The notes below the pieces were generated by a model. The model worked only from the letters and a program-made list of their open reading frames with translations, ran no database searches and had not been told where the DNA came from. Positions 12,409-24,966 of a stretch of 64,000 nucleotides of DNA are shown here, one piece after another (within the stretch, counting starts at the first letter, position 1; every line of letters begins with the position of its first letter). Origin of the DNA: Negaprion brevirostris (Eukaryota). The DNA is taken from assembly GCA_030324005.1 (NCBI GenBank), contig JARDVH010000031.1:55130558-55194557 (forward strand). Direction: 5' to 3'. The position numbers and the translations under genes were made by a program.

Positions 12409-12747
12409 TTGCCCTTGAAGGGACTAGCACTACAATCACTGCACCCCCTGACTGACTTTAACTCATATTTTGCTAGGGCTCCTTGATGCCACACTCGGTC
12501 AAATGCTTCTTTGATGTCAGGGGCAGCCACTCCCACCTCACTTCTGGTATTCAACTGTTTTATCCATATTGTTTTTTGATGAGGTCAGGAGCTGGATGGC
12601 CCTGATGNNNNNNNNNNNNNNNNNNNNNNNNNNNNNNNNNNNNNNNNNNNNNNNNNNNNNNNNNNNNNNNNNNNNNNNNNNNNNNNNNNNNNNNNNNNNN
12701 NNNNNNNNNNNNNNNNNNNNNNNNNNNNNNNNNNNNNNNNNNNNNNN

Positions 12748-12935
12748 TGGGTTTCCTCTGGGTGCTCCAGTTTCCTCCCACAGTCTGACAGATGTGTTGG
12801 TTAGGTGCATTGGCCATGCTAAATTCTCCCTCAGTGTACCTGGAGCTGGAGTGTGGTGACTAGGGGATTTTCACAGTAGCTTCATTGCAGTGTTAATGTA
12901 AGCCTACTTGTGACACTAATAAATAAGCTTTTTAA
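12748..12935 (+). mobile_element. HE1-type V-SINE 3' part, tail type B
   Basis: tgggtttcctctgggtgctcc...aaattctccctcagtgtacc...gcctacttgtgacactaataaataa. Confidence 0.9.
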
Positions 12936-13129
12936 AAATCAGTGCAAAGGTTATTGCTGAGTGAGTGCTGCTTGATAGCATTGTTGATGATGCTTTCCAT
13001 CGCTTTGCTGATGGTCGAGGGTAAACTGATGGACCGGTAATTGGCTAGGTTGGATTTGTCCTTTAGAAAATGAAGGATCAATATGCATTTGTAATATAAT
13101 TCTCAACTTGCCCTGACACCTTATGATTT

Positions 13130-13770
13130 GTCGAAGTACAGCCCCCCCGTCATTCTGCACCCTTTTTAAAATTGTACCATTTAGTTTATATTGCCTCTTC
13201 TCATTCTTCCTGCTAAAATGTATCACTCACACTTCTGTTTTAAATAGCATCTGACATGTGTTGACTACATTTGTGAGTTTGTTTATGACCTGGCACTATC
13301 CTCTTCATTATTCACTGCATTTCTAATTTCTGTGTCATCTGCAAACTTTGAAATTATACTCAGGACCAGGCCATTAATAAAACTTCCGGTCTGAAAAACA
13401 GCCATTCACCATGATTCTATCTCTTATCAAACTTCACATTAATTCTGCCACTACTCCATTAATCTATGGCTTTCACTTTTGTGTACAATTCTGTAAGAGG
13501 GAACTTTATCAAGCACCTTTGAAAGTCCATATAATAAGCATCAACTGCACTATCTTAATCAATCCTCCATTGCTTCATTAAAGAATACAACTAAGTTAGT
13601 GAAATATGATTTATGGTCTCTGTCATTTATTTCCAAATGCCAATTAATTTTATTTCACATCATTTTCTCTGAATGTTTCTCATCATCATCATCAGGCTAT
13701 CTAGCCTACAGCAGAAAGCTTTGTTCTTCTCTTTTTCGAACAGTGCTATAACATTCACAATACTCCAGTG
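13130..13770 (-). mobile_element. Decayed CR1 LINE RT fragment
   Basis: IHFSRKNEKRQYKLNGTILKRVQ and KFADDT-like (aagtttgcagatgacaca) on the minus strand. Confidence 0.75.
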
Positions 13771-16074
13771 CATCACAGTGAAAAGAAATTTACAGCTTAA
13801 GAATGTTAAATCCCTTCATTGCCTCATCTCTGTAACTTCATTGAGTCTTAAAATCCTCCCCACTACCGATTCCTCCAAATATCCTGTCTTCTTTTTGACT
13901 CCTGTGGTCCCTTCTTTCAGATCATCGTTGGCAGCTGTATCGTCAGGTGTCTAGCTATGCTCCACCCTCTAGAATTTCCTCCTGCCTCCCTCCTTCCCTT
14001 CTCTGCATTCAATTTCCATAAACCCTTTTTCATCCAAGCCTTTGCTCATCCTTCCTTATTCCTCTTACTTTAGCGTAGTGTCTAGATTTTTGATGATGCC
14101 CCATAAAGTAATTTAAGGCATTTTCCTACATAAAAGGCACAATAAAACATTCAAGTTGTCGTTGTGTTGCTGTCAAGTGTTGAAGTAAATGATTCTGAAT
14201 CCAAAATCTGCAGAAAAAGTTGAAAGCAATAAAGCAGTGCTTGATATTAATATCCACAACACAGCAATCTGTTTTAGATATATTATATAGTTTGTCAAAT
14301 AAATCTCTCCTGAGTTACAAAGAGAAATGCTAAATCCTACAGCAGTTTGTTTCAGGAAGAGGAAAGGAAGGGATAATGTGATGCAGACGTTTAACAGTAA
14401 AAGCTATTATCAGGTCATTTTACTAAATGTATCGCATGTGCCTTGAGACACAATCTGGCGTCTGACAGATCATCTGAAATAGCTGTTGGACAAAATCAGG
14501 CTGATCATTTATTGACTTTCCCACTACTTTCAATGAAGCTATTTGCTCACGCACAACTGCCTAACCACACAGACCCTGTCACAGTATCCACACATTGAAA
14601 GGCCATACATTTGTACACTTACATTGTACAAATCATCTTTGAGATTATGAAAGTGTGGACATTGATATAGTTCTTCGGGTTTACTCCGCACTTTGGCTTA
14701 GTTACCATTCGTCTTTGAATGTCTGTATAAGATGCTTACTTATTGTGCTCTGACTAGCAGCTACTCTTTAGCCTTTCGTGAAAGCACATTGTGTCCAGGG
14801 TGCTTCAGTGAATCATGGTCTGTGACCTAATGTCATTTAATTCACTGCTCCAGGGTAGCCAGCGATATCAAAATACAAGCTACAGCCATAGACTCAAATG
14901 ACTAGCAATCTCGTAGCAGCCATTCATTTTGTGTTCTGAAGCAATACTATGGAGGTTGTTGATGCTATGGGACATGCTGTATAACAACTCAGCTATACCA
15001 AAATCATTCTACTATAATAAATAGCTTTATTCACAGTCTTGATAATAACTGAATTGTTTGTTTTTATTGTAAAATTTGGCAATAACTTTATCATCACAAA
15101 TTGTACACTGTTGAATTTAGTGAAGTGTATGTTCTGCTAATGGAGATACATTTTGCTAAAGGAAAAATAGATGTGCCTAAACCTTTAAGCAAAAGCAGTA
15201 ACTGTCTTTCCTCCCATTTCCAATTATCCTTCTTTTGCTGATAGTTGAATATGGGTTTAAGGAGAGAAGTGAACAAACCCTGGCCAATGGTGGGTTTTTT
15301 TTGCATGAGGGTGGAGGAAAAAGAGACATTTGTTTTTAAAAAATGTACCCTGAGCTCCCATTCAGTTCCAGAATTAGTGATATCATGATAAGGGAAGTGA
15401 ATATAAATCCGTCATTAGCTCAATTAACTGTCAGTTTTTGTATTACACAAGGTATGACAGATTGCATGCATGCATGCATTTGTGAGCACATCAAAAGGAA
15501 CAGAAGAAGAAAGTCTGAACCAATTCTGATGGAAATGGTTGTGGCAATTTATCACAGCAGTTTGTAACAACATGACCTGACAGTTGATGTGTGCAAATCA
15601 GTTCATATGGATTCAATAGTTCACGTTTAGATTCAGGGTATGTTTTGCGGAAGACAGAGTGAGGTAGAAATATCAGTTTCGATAACAGGTCATCAACCTG
15701 AAATGTTAACTCTGGGCTGACTTTTCCCAGCCCTCTGGGGCCAATCAGGCTGAGAGGCAGGTGGGCTGGCAATATGGTGGGGGAAGGAGGTATCATGAGG
15801 GGGTGCTGGGTGTCTTCTTGCCATCTTCCAGCGGCAAGAAATTTAGCAGCAAGGCTGCCAATCAGGAAACCAATTGAGCCACTTCAAGGTCCAAATTGAG
15901 GTCACGTCCTCCCCTCACGGGACTTTGCCTATTTTGTGAGATAAAACTTGGTCACTTCCCAACATGTTGCATGAATATGAAGGGAAACTCCTTGGTGGGC
16001 ATGGAGAAACCATCATTGGCAAATGCTATCTTCACACCCAAGACCTGAACAACACCTCCCTCAATCTACGGGCC

Positions 16075-16395
16075 CTGTGACACGTGGCACAATGGTTAGC
16101 ACTGCTGCCTTGCAGCGCTCAGGACCCAGGTTCAATTCCGGCTTCAGGTCACTATCTGTGTGGAGCTTGTACATTCTCTCCATGTCTGAGTGAGTTTTGT
16201 CCGGATGATCTGGTTTCCTCCCACAGTCCACAGATATGTGTGTGAGATTGATAGCCATGCTTAACTGCCCCTAGGGTCAGGGGGACCAGCAGGGCAAATA
16301 CATATGGTTATGGGGTTAGGGTCTAGATATTGTCAGTGCAGGCTTGATGGGCTGAATGGCTTCCTTCTGCATTATAGGGATTCTATGATTCTAAA
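16075..16395 (+). mobile_element. HE1-type V-SINE, tail type A
   Basis: gtggcacaatggttagcactgctgcc...gggattctatgattct. Confidence 0.9.
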
Positions 16396-16744
16396 CATGT
16401 TTCAGCTCACCCAATGGATTGACTGTTACGTGTGGTTGCTAGGGTTGGCAGATACTTTAAATTATTATACTTTAAAATGTCTACTTAATTCCAAAATAGA
16501 ATCGAGCTTGGGGCCTAGAAAATAGTGAATTCACATTTTTGCCTGGCTACATATTGTCAAGTTATCTTGAAGATGGCTTTGAGAATGAAGCCATTGTAGG
16601 ATAAGGTTGAAAATTTTCCTCTGGATCACTGAACCTCATAGTCAGTTTGCAAGTATCTGAGAGAGATTGATACAGAGTTTAGAGTTTAATTTTCCTACTG
16701 AACAGTGGCTGAGATTTTTCTGGCCCCGTCAATAGTGGGCCATC

Positions 16745-16975
16745 GGGCCCGATTTTGCCATCAAGTTGCGCCTGTTTCCAGGTGCAAAAACTTGGTAAAA
16801 TCGGGTATGAAGTGAATAGCGTGATCCGTGCCCATCTCTGCGCCCACCTCTGCCCCCTTTGCCAATGCCCGAAAATGTCCTGAATCGGGATTGTGCCCGA
16901 AATGGGTGCAACAGCCATTTAAATACATTTGCGTGCATTTAAATTGGCTTAATGGGCTGTACACCCAACCTTACC
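16745..16975 (+). mobile_element. Non-autonomous DNA transposon left part (gap-truncated)
   Basis: gggcccgattttgccatc...ggtgcaaaaacttggtaaa is homologous to the left end of 17153-17574. Confidence 0.65.
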
Positions 16976-17152
16976 NNNNNNNNNNNNNNNNNNNNNNNNN
17001 NNNNNNNNNNNNNNNNNNNNNNNNNNNNNNNNNNNNNNNNNNNNNNNNNNNNNNNNNNNNNNNNNNNNNNNNNNNAATAAAAGTGAGAGTGTGTGTTGGG
17101 TATGCACAGGCTGCCATACCTCTCACAGTCAAATTACCTGTCAATACATGCT

Positions 17153-17574
17153 GGGCCCAATTTTACCATCATGTTGCACCCATTTTCAGGTGCAAAAACT
17201 TGGTAAAGTCAGGCGTGAGGCAAGTAGCGCAAACCACGCCTGCCTCCATGCCAGTTCCCCCTTTACCAAGGTCTGAAAATGGCTACAATTAGGACTGCCA
17301 GGGGGAGGCATTATCCAGCCCGGGAGGGATGTGGTGGGGAGTCAGTATTTTTTTTTACTGTGCGTGTGCAGTTGGGAGCACTGATTGGAGCTGCAGGGTT
17401 TCGGGCGCATTAAGCCCCGCCCACAGGTTTCTACAGCGCAATTCGGAATCACTGATATTTTTGTAGGCAGAGTGCGTATGGAGGCACCTGAGAACGGGTC
17501 TAAAAGTCGGATCTGAAACATTCCCAGTTTCAAGTCTGTCCAGCACTTAGAATCAAAATGGTAAAATAGGGTCC
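17153..17574. mobile_element. MITE with about 17-bp TIRs (Harbinger-like)
   Basis: gggcccaattttaccat ... atggtaaaatagggtcc (2 mismatches). Confidence 0.75.
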
Positions 17575-18193
17575 ATCATCTCTGTTACTTCATCAAAAAA
17601 TTCAATTTCATCGGTCAAGCAACATCTGCTTTTTATCAGTCCAAGCTGGCTCTCCTTAATCAACTCAAAACCCTCCAAATGTCTTGTTAATTTTTTTCCC
17701 TGATTATGAATTCCAAAACCTTATCCACCACTGATGTGGTCTGTAATTGTTAGCAATGTCCTTGCACCCTTCCTTGAATAAAATTGTTGCATTTACCATT
17801 CTCCATTCCTCCCCATATGTATGAAAGATTTAAAGATTAGGGTAAGCCCTTCCGTTTCCACTTCCATGTTCTGTAACAGACTAGAATACAAGCCATGCTG
17901 ACCACATGACTTAGTCAGATTTCTCTTCCCTACTAAACACCAATACAAGAACTCATAAGTATTCTAGCTTTACCCTGCACCTCTAAGCGTATATCACCCT
18001 CTTTATCCTTAATACAATACATTCCACTCTTTACAGCCCCTATTTACCTGTTGGTAGAAGGTTTTTGGGTTCCCTTTATGTTGACTGCCATTCTATTATC
18101 ACACTTGCCCTTTGTCAGTTTTACTTAACTCTTTAGGACCCATACTCAAACTATTGTATTTGATCTGGTTCTCACTTGAAGAATTCACACATT

Positions 18194-18495
18194 AGGGGTG
18201 GCACGGTGGCCCGGTGGTTAGCATTGCTGCCTCACAGCACTAGGAATCTGGGTTCAGATTCCCAACTTGGGTCATTGTCACTGTGGAGTTTTCATGTTCT
18301 CCCTGTGTCTGCGTGGGTTTCCTCCAGATGCTCCGGTTTCCTCCCACAGATCAAAAGATGTGCTGGTTAGATGCATAGCCAAGTTAAATTCCCCCTCAGT
18401 TTATTCGAATAATGCCAGAATGTGGCAACTAGGGGATTTTCACAATAACTTCATTAAAGTGTGAATATAAGCCTACTTGTGACTAATAAATGAAC
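18194..18495 (+). mobile_element. HE1-type V-SINE, tail type B
   Basis: ggggtggcacggtggcccggtggttagc...gcctacttgtgactaataaa. Confidence 0.9.
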
Positions 18496-19561
18496 TTTTT
18501 TTTTACATGCACCCTCCTTTTTTGTTTCATCATTATCTCTATCTCCCTCATCATCCAAGAAACCCTGTTTATGAGCTTTCATCTTTGTTGGAATATATCT
18601 AGCCTTTACCTGAAATGTTTCTTCCCTAAAGACCATGCATTGTTCTGTTACAGTTTTTCTATCAGTCTTCGGTTCAATTTTAACTTGGCTAGTTCCTTGC
18701 TCATTGCACTGAAGTTAATCCCATTCTAATTTAGAAGATCTATATTAGATTATTCCTTGCTCTTCTCCATTGCTAATCTAAACCTTATAATAAAATGATC
18801 ACTCTTACCAAAATGGTGCCCTACGTCCACTTAATGCATGTCATTTCCTACCACCAGATCCAGTACAATGCCTTCTTTATAGTGGGAACGTATTGGTCAA
18901 TGAAGTTCTCCTGAATACTTTTCAGAAATTCCTGTCTCTCCTTACCCTTTACTCAAAGATTATCAATGTTTGGGTAACTAACCTCCACCCCCTTCCCATG
19001 ACATCACTCTATAGTTTTTTCAGTTCTCTGTGATTCCTTTGCAGATTTGTTCCTCAATCTCTGTCCCTCACTATTTGAAGGTCTATAGAATACACAAGTA
19101 ACACAACCTTATCCTTTTTACTTCAGAATGCTAACCAAATGGACTTTGTCCTTGCCCCCTCTTTCTAAACACTGCAATGTCCCCTTTCATCAACACAGCA
19201 GGCCCACCTCCCTTTTCTCCTTCCCTACTTTTTCTGAACACTTCATTTCCTTGAATATTAAGCATCCAGTCCTCACCATATTTAAGCCACATTTTCATTA
19301 TTGCCACAATATACTTCCACAATGACACTTTGCTCGTAGCTCACCAACCTTTTCTCATCACATTTTGTGCATTTAACTATATGTAGTGTAACCCTGTCTT
19401 TGCCTTCCTCATCGAGTCTGATCCTATCCAGTATGATACTAGCTACTTGTCCAGTACTGTCCAACATTCTCACTTTATGCACCTATTCTTCTGTTATCTT
19501 CCAAATGTTGGGGCCCAAATTCCTGCCAATTTAGTTTGAACCCTCCCCAACCACACTGGTA

Positions 19562-19870
19562 AGGGCGGCAAAGTGGCACAGTGGTTAGACTGCTGCCTCA
19601 CAGTGACAGAGACCCGGGTTTGATTTTCGGCTTGGGTCACTGTCTATGTGGAGTTTGCATGTTCTCCCCATGTTTGCGTGGGTTTCCTCTGGATGTTCCA
19701 GTTTCCTCCCACAATCTGAAAGACATGTTGGTTAGGTGCATTGGCCATGCTAAATTCTCCCTCAGTATATCCGAATAGGCGCTGGAGTATGGCAATTAGG
19801 GAATTTTCACAGTAATTTCATTGCAGTGTTAATGTAAGTCTACCTGTCACTAATAAATAAACTTTAAAAC
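19562..19870 (+). mobile_element. HE1-type V-SINE, tail type B
   Basis: gggcggcaaagtggcacagtggttag...cactaataaataaactttaaa. Confidence 0.9.
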
Positions 19871-20039
19871 TTTTGATGAACCTTCCTGTGAGGACATTGA
19901 TTTCAGTCCTGGAAGTGATCCAGAAATTAATACCCTTGAGGTTCTACTTTTAAACTTCTTCCATCACTCCTAAAAAATTTCACCTCAGGACTTCAACACA
20001 TGCCCTATCTTGTTGGTACCAGTATGTGCCATATGAAGT

Positions 20040-20954
20040 TGAATTCATTGATTTGATCACCTGTGTGAGGTCCTTGAACATCCCCTGGCACTGTAGCCAG
20101 GTCCTTGGACTTAAACTCCAGAAACCGATTTCCATGGCCAATTGCTTTTTTCTCCTTTTCAGGGTCCACCATGAGGGCCTCCTGGCACTGTATGGAAACA
20201 TTGGCTGGATTTTCACTGTTGGGTTAGAATGTCTACATTGGAATAATTCCTGGGCCATTCCCCAGTTAACATCAGCATGACGTGCATGCCACAATTTTTA
20301 AATGCAAGGCTAATTAATGGTCAGAAGGCCTAATGAAGATGGTGGCTGGGTTCCTATAGCTGGGGTGTCAGTCAATGCTCTGAATGAGCAGGTAAGGAAG
20401 AAAGTTGGCAACTCAAATCGAATATGTCTTCTCAGCATATTTGAAATAGTAGAGATTAAAAACTGGCCACAGTTGCTGGACCACCAGAGGAAGCCTTCTG
20501 TAGAATAGCCTGCAAAAGCAGCTGTGGCCATTTGTAAGTAAACTTTGGAGAGACATTTAAAAATGTAAATGGTGTGCTAGTCACTCAGATACCATCAGTA
20601 GCGCATCTCTTCCCCTTGGCCATGTTTAGGTAACTGGGTAGGGCCTTCCTGCCTGCCAAATGGAAAACTTCAGTCAGCATTCGAAGACGACTTTCATAGG
20701 CCCCTTAGTTGCCTCATTTGGCTACCTACAATGTTGGTGGATAAGTTGTACCACCCCCGACCTGGCCTGTGTGAAAGTGGCCTGGAGGTGGGACGTTTCC
20801 AGCAAAACCAGCATGGTGTTCTCTCATGCTTCAGCCTGCCTGCCTCCTCTTGCCCCCATCGTGCTTTGAAAATCCAGCACATTGTATCTTTCCTCTTTTC
20901 AACCTCCTGTACTAATGTCTCCTGAACTGCAGCAAAAAACTTCGGAGCTTTCAT
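20040..20954 (-). pseudogene. Harbinger Myb/SANT-like gene remnant split by a TIR element
   Basis: Removing 681 bp gives in-frame MKAPKFFAAVQETLVQEVEKRKDTMFPYSARRPSWWTLKRRKKQLAMEIGFWSLSPRTWLQCQGMFKDLTQVIK. Confidence 0.75.
20204..20878. mobile_element. Non-autonomous DNA transposon with perfect 12-bp TIRs
   Basis: gctggattttca (20204-20215) / tgaaaatccagc (20867-20878), flanked by the direct repeat acattg. Confidence 0.8.
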
Positions 20955-22152
20955 TTGCTTGCTGCTCCATTTTTGAAATGTTTTTGTTTCTCTCCATATC
21001 TTCAAGAGACAGTCCACTGCAACATTTGTGCAATGATTGACGGACTGCCTATAAGATGTACAGGCCAGCTGAGGCACATGCAAGTTGTACATGTTACAAG
21101 GCTGCATACTAAATATACAGGTAGCCAGCAGTGTGTTCCACAGTAGGCTATGTTTAGATGAAGAGGCAGCAAGAAGTTTGCATGTTGCCTGCGTCAGCAG
21201 GACTTGGTAAGAAGTCTCACAACACCAGATTAAAGTCCAACTCAGGTGAGTGAGCAAGACTTGGCACAGGGTGATCATGTATCGCAACCCAAAACAGGAC
21301 TTGGTATATTTCTCCCCAGTGTGTCTTTTAGACAGCTGCTAGGAACAGATGCAGGAACAGAAGTAGGCCATTCATCCCATTCAATTTGCTGTGGCTATTC
21401 AGAGTTCATGGCTGAGATCATGACTGATCTGATCGCATAAATCTTTATAATATTGATGAAATTCAACATTTATAATAACGTAAGTAGCACAAACAAGCTA
21501 CTGAGCTTGAAATTTCTTAGGTGGAAAGGAACTATTGTCGAGGCATGTTTTAAAATAAGGGTGGACAGGAGTTTCATATGATTAACCTAATATGTTTAGA
21601 AGAGATTAGGGATTGGTGGTGCTGCTAGTAAGTGAAGATCAGTGAATAATGAAATGAAACCATAGATTAGAAATTACCCTGAGTAATATTATTGCTCAAA
21701 TGCTTCCCCAATCATATCAAATCCACGTGAAAATAGCAGGGAAAGGAATTGGAGACAAATTTATTTAGCGCTCATTTGGTATTATCACTGACAGTAATTC
21801 CCAGTATTATTTGACATGAATATTATCTGAGTCGAAACCCAAGAGCTAGATTAAGAAATTAGCATTATGATGAACTGCAAACAGAAACAATAAGGAGCAC
21901 CTCCTTGGGAGTAGGATGGAGAGGCAGCTTGAACTCTACAGCCTGTTTCCATCTTGCAATTTCTGTGTAATGCTGTGTAAACAAAACCAGTGCAGCACAG
22001 GGCAGAGAATCTTGCATGAGTTTGTGTGTGTTGGCATGAAAGCATTTATAAANNNNNNNNNNNNNNNNNNNNNNNNNNNNNNNNNNNNNNNNNNNNNNNN
22101 NNNNNNNNNNNNNNNNNNNNNNNNNNNNNNNNNNNNNNNNNNNNNNNNNNNN

Positions 22153-22550
22153 AACTCAGAAGAGAAGAAATTGTGGGGTGATTTGGTAGAGGTATTTAAA
22201 ATGATGAAGGGATGTCACCGAACAGATAGAAAAAGATCATTCCCTGTAATTGAAGAGTCTAGAATGAGGAAACATTGATATCAGGTTAAATGTCAGGTCT
22301 TTATAAATGAGGGCAGGAGATTTTATTTTACACAGAGGACTGTGAGACTGCACAATATACAAATGGAATTAATGGCGGAAGCATAGATCATTGTCAATTT
22401 TCAAGGATAGGTTGAGCAATTGGAGGAAAGAGGGAATAAAGGAATATGGAAAGGAGATGGCCATATAGAATTAGGACTGCTTTGTGCACAGGAGAATTAC
22501 ACCAATGACTTGGTTAAGTCAAGTGATCTGTTTGTGTGTTGGAATACTTA
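22153..22550 (+). mobile_element. CR1 LINE 3' fragment
   Basis: EEKKLWGDLVEVFKMMKG (CR1 ORF2 C-terminal RGDLIEVFKI motif). Confidence 0.75.
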
Positions 22551-22605
22551 TGCAAGACTGTGTAAGATGCTGGTGTTTTCGTGTCTGACAATCAACCTTT
22601 AAGAA

Positions 22606-22780
22606 TTATTTATTCATTCATGGGCTATGGGCATTTCTGGCAATTGCCTGTCACTAATTGCCCTTGAGATGATGGTGGTGAGCTGTTTCTTTTTTTGAAA
22701 TACTGCAGTGGTGTGAGTCCTTCCATGGTGCTGTTAGGGAAGGAGTTCCAGGATTTTGACCCTGCAACAATGAATTAATG
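22606..22780 (-). mobile_element. 3' end of second CR1-group LINE family
   Basis: Minus strand VAGSKSWNSFPNST...HHHLKGN*; tail shared with SINE family C. Confidence 0.7.
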
Positions 22781-24027
22781 AACATTGGTATTTTCATTCT
22801 GTACTTAGAAACATTAAAGGAAATTATTTTGTCAATTGCTTGTTATGGGTTGATCTGCATAGATACATGTGGAATTCCTTACCAGAGCTCGTGAAGAAAG
22901 TTTAGCAACTTACAAAACACAAGAAAAATGTCAAAATGGTTCAACGTACAACTTGCTACGTTAACATAGCACCATGGCTTTAATCATTACAGTGTCAGCT
23001 CATCAACGAGCTCTATAACTACACAAAGTTCAGCAGTCTAGATGACCTTTACAGATGGTGTGCATAAAGATTTACTTTACATTCTTATCCTAATGGAACT
23101 GCTTTTTTTAAACCATGATTATTTAGTCCATAGAATTACCCAGGATACTTCTAAACAATGATTCCCCACAGCATGTTAAATATTGACAGACCAATATATC
23201 TTCTAAGTTATATAATTTTATGCATCGTTCAATGATAGTCATGAATGAGTGCTTGTGATATTATGATGTAATGTTACAGTGCTTACCAGATGTCGCTCAG
23301 ATGTTATTCTTTGATTGTTTTAAAGTAACTCTTGTAATTCTTGAACTTCTACTGCCTGACTCATCTTGTGCCTTGTGCCTTGTGCCTGAAGTAGTCCCCA
23401 GCTGTGGTTATAAGAGCATGTCACATTCAAGAACTTATGCCCTCTCCCCAGACTCTGGACTGGTTTGGCCATTCTTGTCATTTGTACCTGCATTGGTACA
23501 ACTAGCATTGGACCTCAATTTGCATTGTAAACCAGCTTTCCATTTGTTTCAAGCAAGTAGACTGAAGGCCATTGACAAGCCAGGCTGAGTATGGCATCAT
23601 ATGAGATTTGGGGGCACCAAAGAATTGGCAGAGTTGCATCTCTGACTCTCAATTCCTGGTTGATTGTTTTCATTTGCAAAAAGAATGGTTGTGTATTGAA
23701 TATTCTTACCCAAAGGCTTTAATTTGTTAACAATGCACAAAGGAAAAAACACTGTTGTGAATTTGAAGAATTCTGCTATGCTCCAGTCATTCTTGGTGAG
23801 GATTTCTTGCACATTCCCAAATGGGAAAGGTTTTTTTTTTTGCCTGAAACCTTCAATGATTTTTATGGGTTTTGAGTGTAAACCAAAGAGCTCTAAAAAA
23901 TATAGATGTGTTCAGAGCAGCCTGTCAAGACATGAGGGAGATTTTCAGGCAATATAGGGCAACCAGAGAGGAGCATAAAGCAGACCCTTCATTTGATATT
24001 CTGTTAAATACAAGCAAATTACCACAG

Positions 24028-24966
24028 ATGTTAGAATCTGAAACCAAAAGAAAAAATGCCAAAAAATCTCAGCAGTTCTGGCAGCATCTGTAAGGAGAGA
24101 AAAGAGTTGATGTTTCGAGCACGTTGTCAAAGCTAAAAGGCAAAGACAGTGGGAGATACTTATACTGAAGGGTGAGGGAATGAAAAATGAGTCATAGCCA
24201 CAAAATCAAGGGGAAAGTCTGCTAATGGCAGTCCATAGAGAGAATAGAGGTTGTGAAAGGCCAAATGGCAGAGAAGCTGAAATCAGAGGGTAAGCTGTGA
24301 CAGCTGAAGATGTGGAGGGAGAGGGGTTAGGGGTAAGAGAGAGGTAAAATTGAGAAAAAGAGGGGGAAAGGGAAGCAAAAGGGGAGAAAAGGTAAGAAAA
24401 TGGGGATAAAGAAAAGGGGAAAGAGTGGACTGGGNNNNNNNNNNNNNNNNNNNNNNNNNNNNNNNNNNNNNNNNNNNNNNNNNNNNNNNNNNNNNNNNNN
24501 NNNNNNNNNNNNNNNNNNNNNNNNNNNNNNNNNNTGAAAGGAAAGGGGGGATGACATGGGGGAAAGAGTGGGCAGAAAGAAACATAAAGCAAGACAATAA
24601 AGAAATATTGACAATAAAGAAAGAGCAAGACAATAAAGAAAAGGTGGAAAACAGTTAAAAAAAAGAAATGAAATGAAAGCAAAGGGGTTCGAGGTGGGAT
24701 AGAGCTAATGATCTGAAGTTGTTGAATTCAATGTTGAGTCGGGAAGGTTGTAAAGTGCCTCACCGGAAGATGAGATGCTGTTCCTCCAGTTTGCATTGAG
24801 TTTCACTGGAACATTGCAGCAAGCAAAGGACAGACATGTGGGCATGGGAGCAGGATCATGTGTTAAAATGGCAAGCAACAGGAAGGTCAGGGTCCTGATT
24901 GTGCACAGACCAAAGGTGCTAGCAAAGCAATCCCCCAGTCTACATTTGGTCTCTCCAGTGTAGATT
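24028..24966 (-). mobile_element. Penelope-like element 3' part with GIY-YIG endonuclease remnant
   Basis: IYTGETKCRLGDCFA/EHLWSVHNQDPDLPVACHFN...KLEEQHLIFR*GTLQPSRLNIEFNNFR, followed by a pyrimidine-rich spacer and terminal repeat. Confidence 0.85.

Larger units (their letters stand above)
11290..13062 (-). mobile_element. Fragmented CR1-group LINE (second family) with RT remnants
   Basis: Colinear pieces: SNLANYRSISLPSTISKAME (13062-12945), DIKEAFDRVWHQGALAK (12607-12445) and PATLKKLDMILDKA (11450-11290); interrupted by other insertions and a gap. Confidence 0.75.
17576..20023 (-). mobile_element. Decayed CR1 LINE (ORF1 end, endonuclease, start of RT) with two nested HE1s
   Basis: HTGTNKIG (ORF1 esterase-like) at about 20020; WLKYGEDWMLNIQGNEVFRKSREGEKGGG (APE endonuclease) at about 19200; IEFFDEVT at about 17600. 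Confidence 0.8.

Noticed and set aside
23872-24093. Protein-looking ORF SVNQRALKNIDVFRAACQDMREIFRQ
   Set aside because: No recognisable family, no convincing splice sites, and it runs into a Penelope terminus.
24206-24682. Long Phe/Leu/Pro-rich ORFs on the minus strand
   Set aside because: Low-complexity purine tract of the Penelope element plus an N gap.
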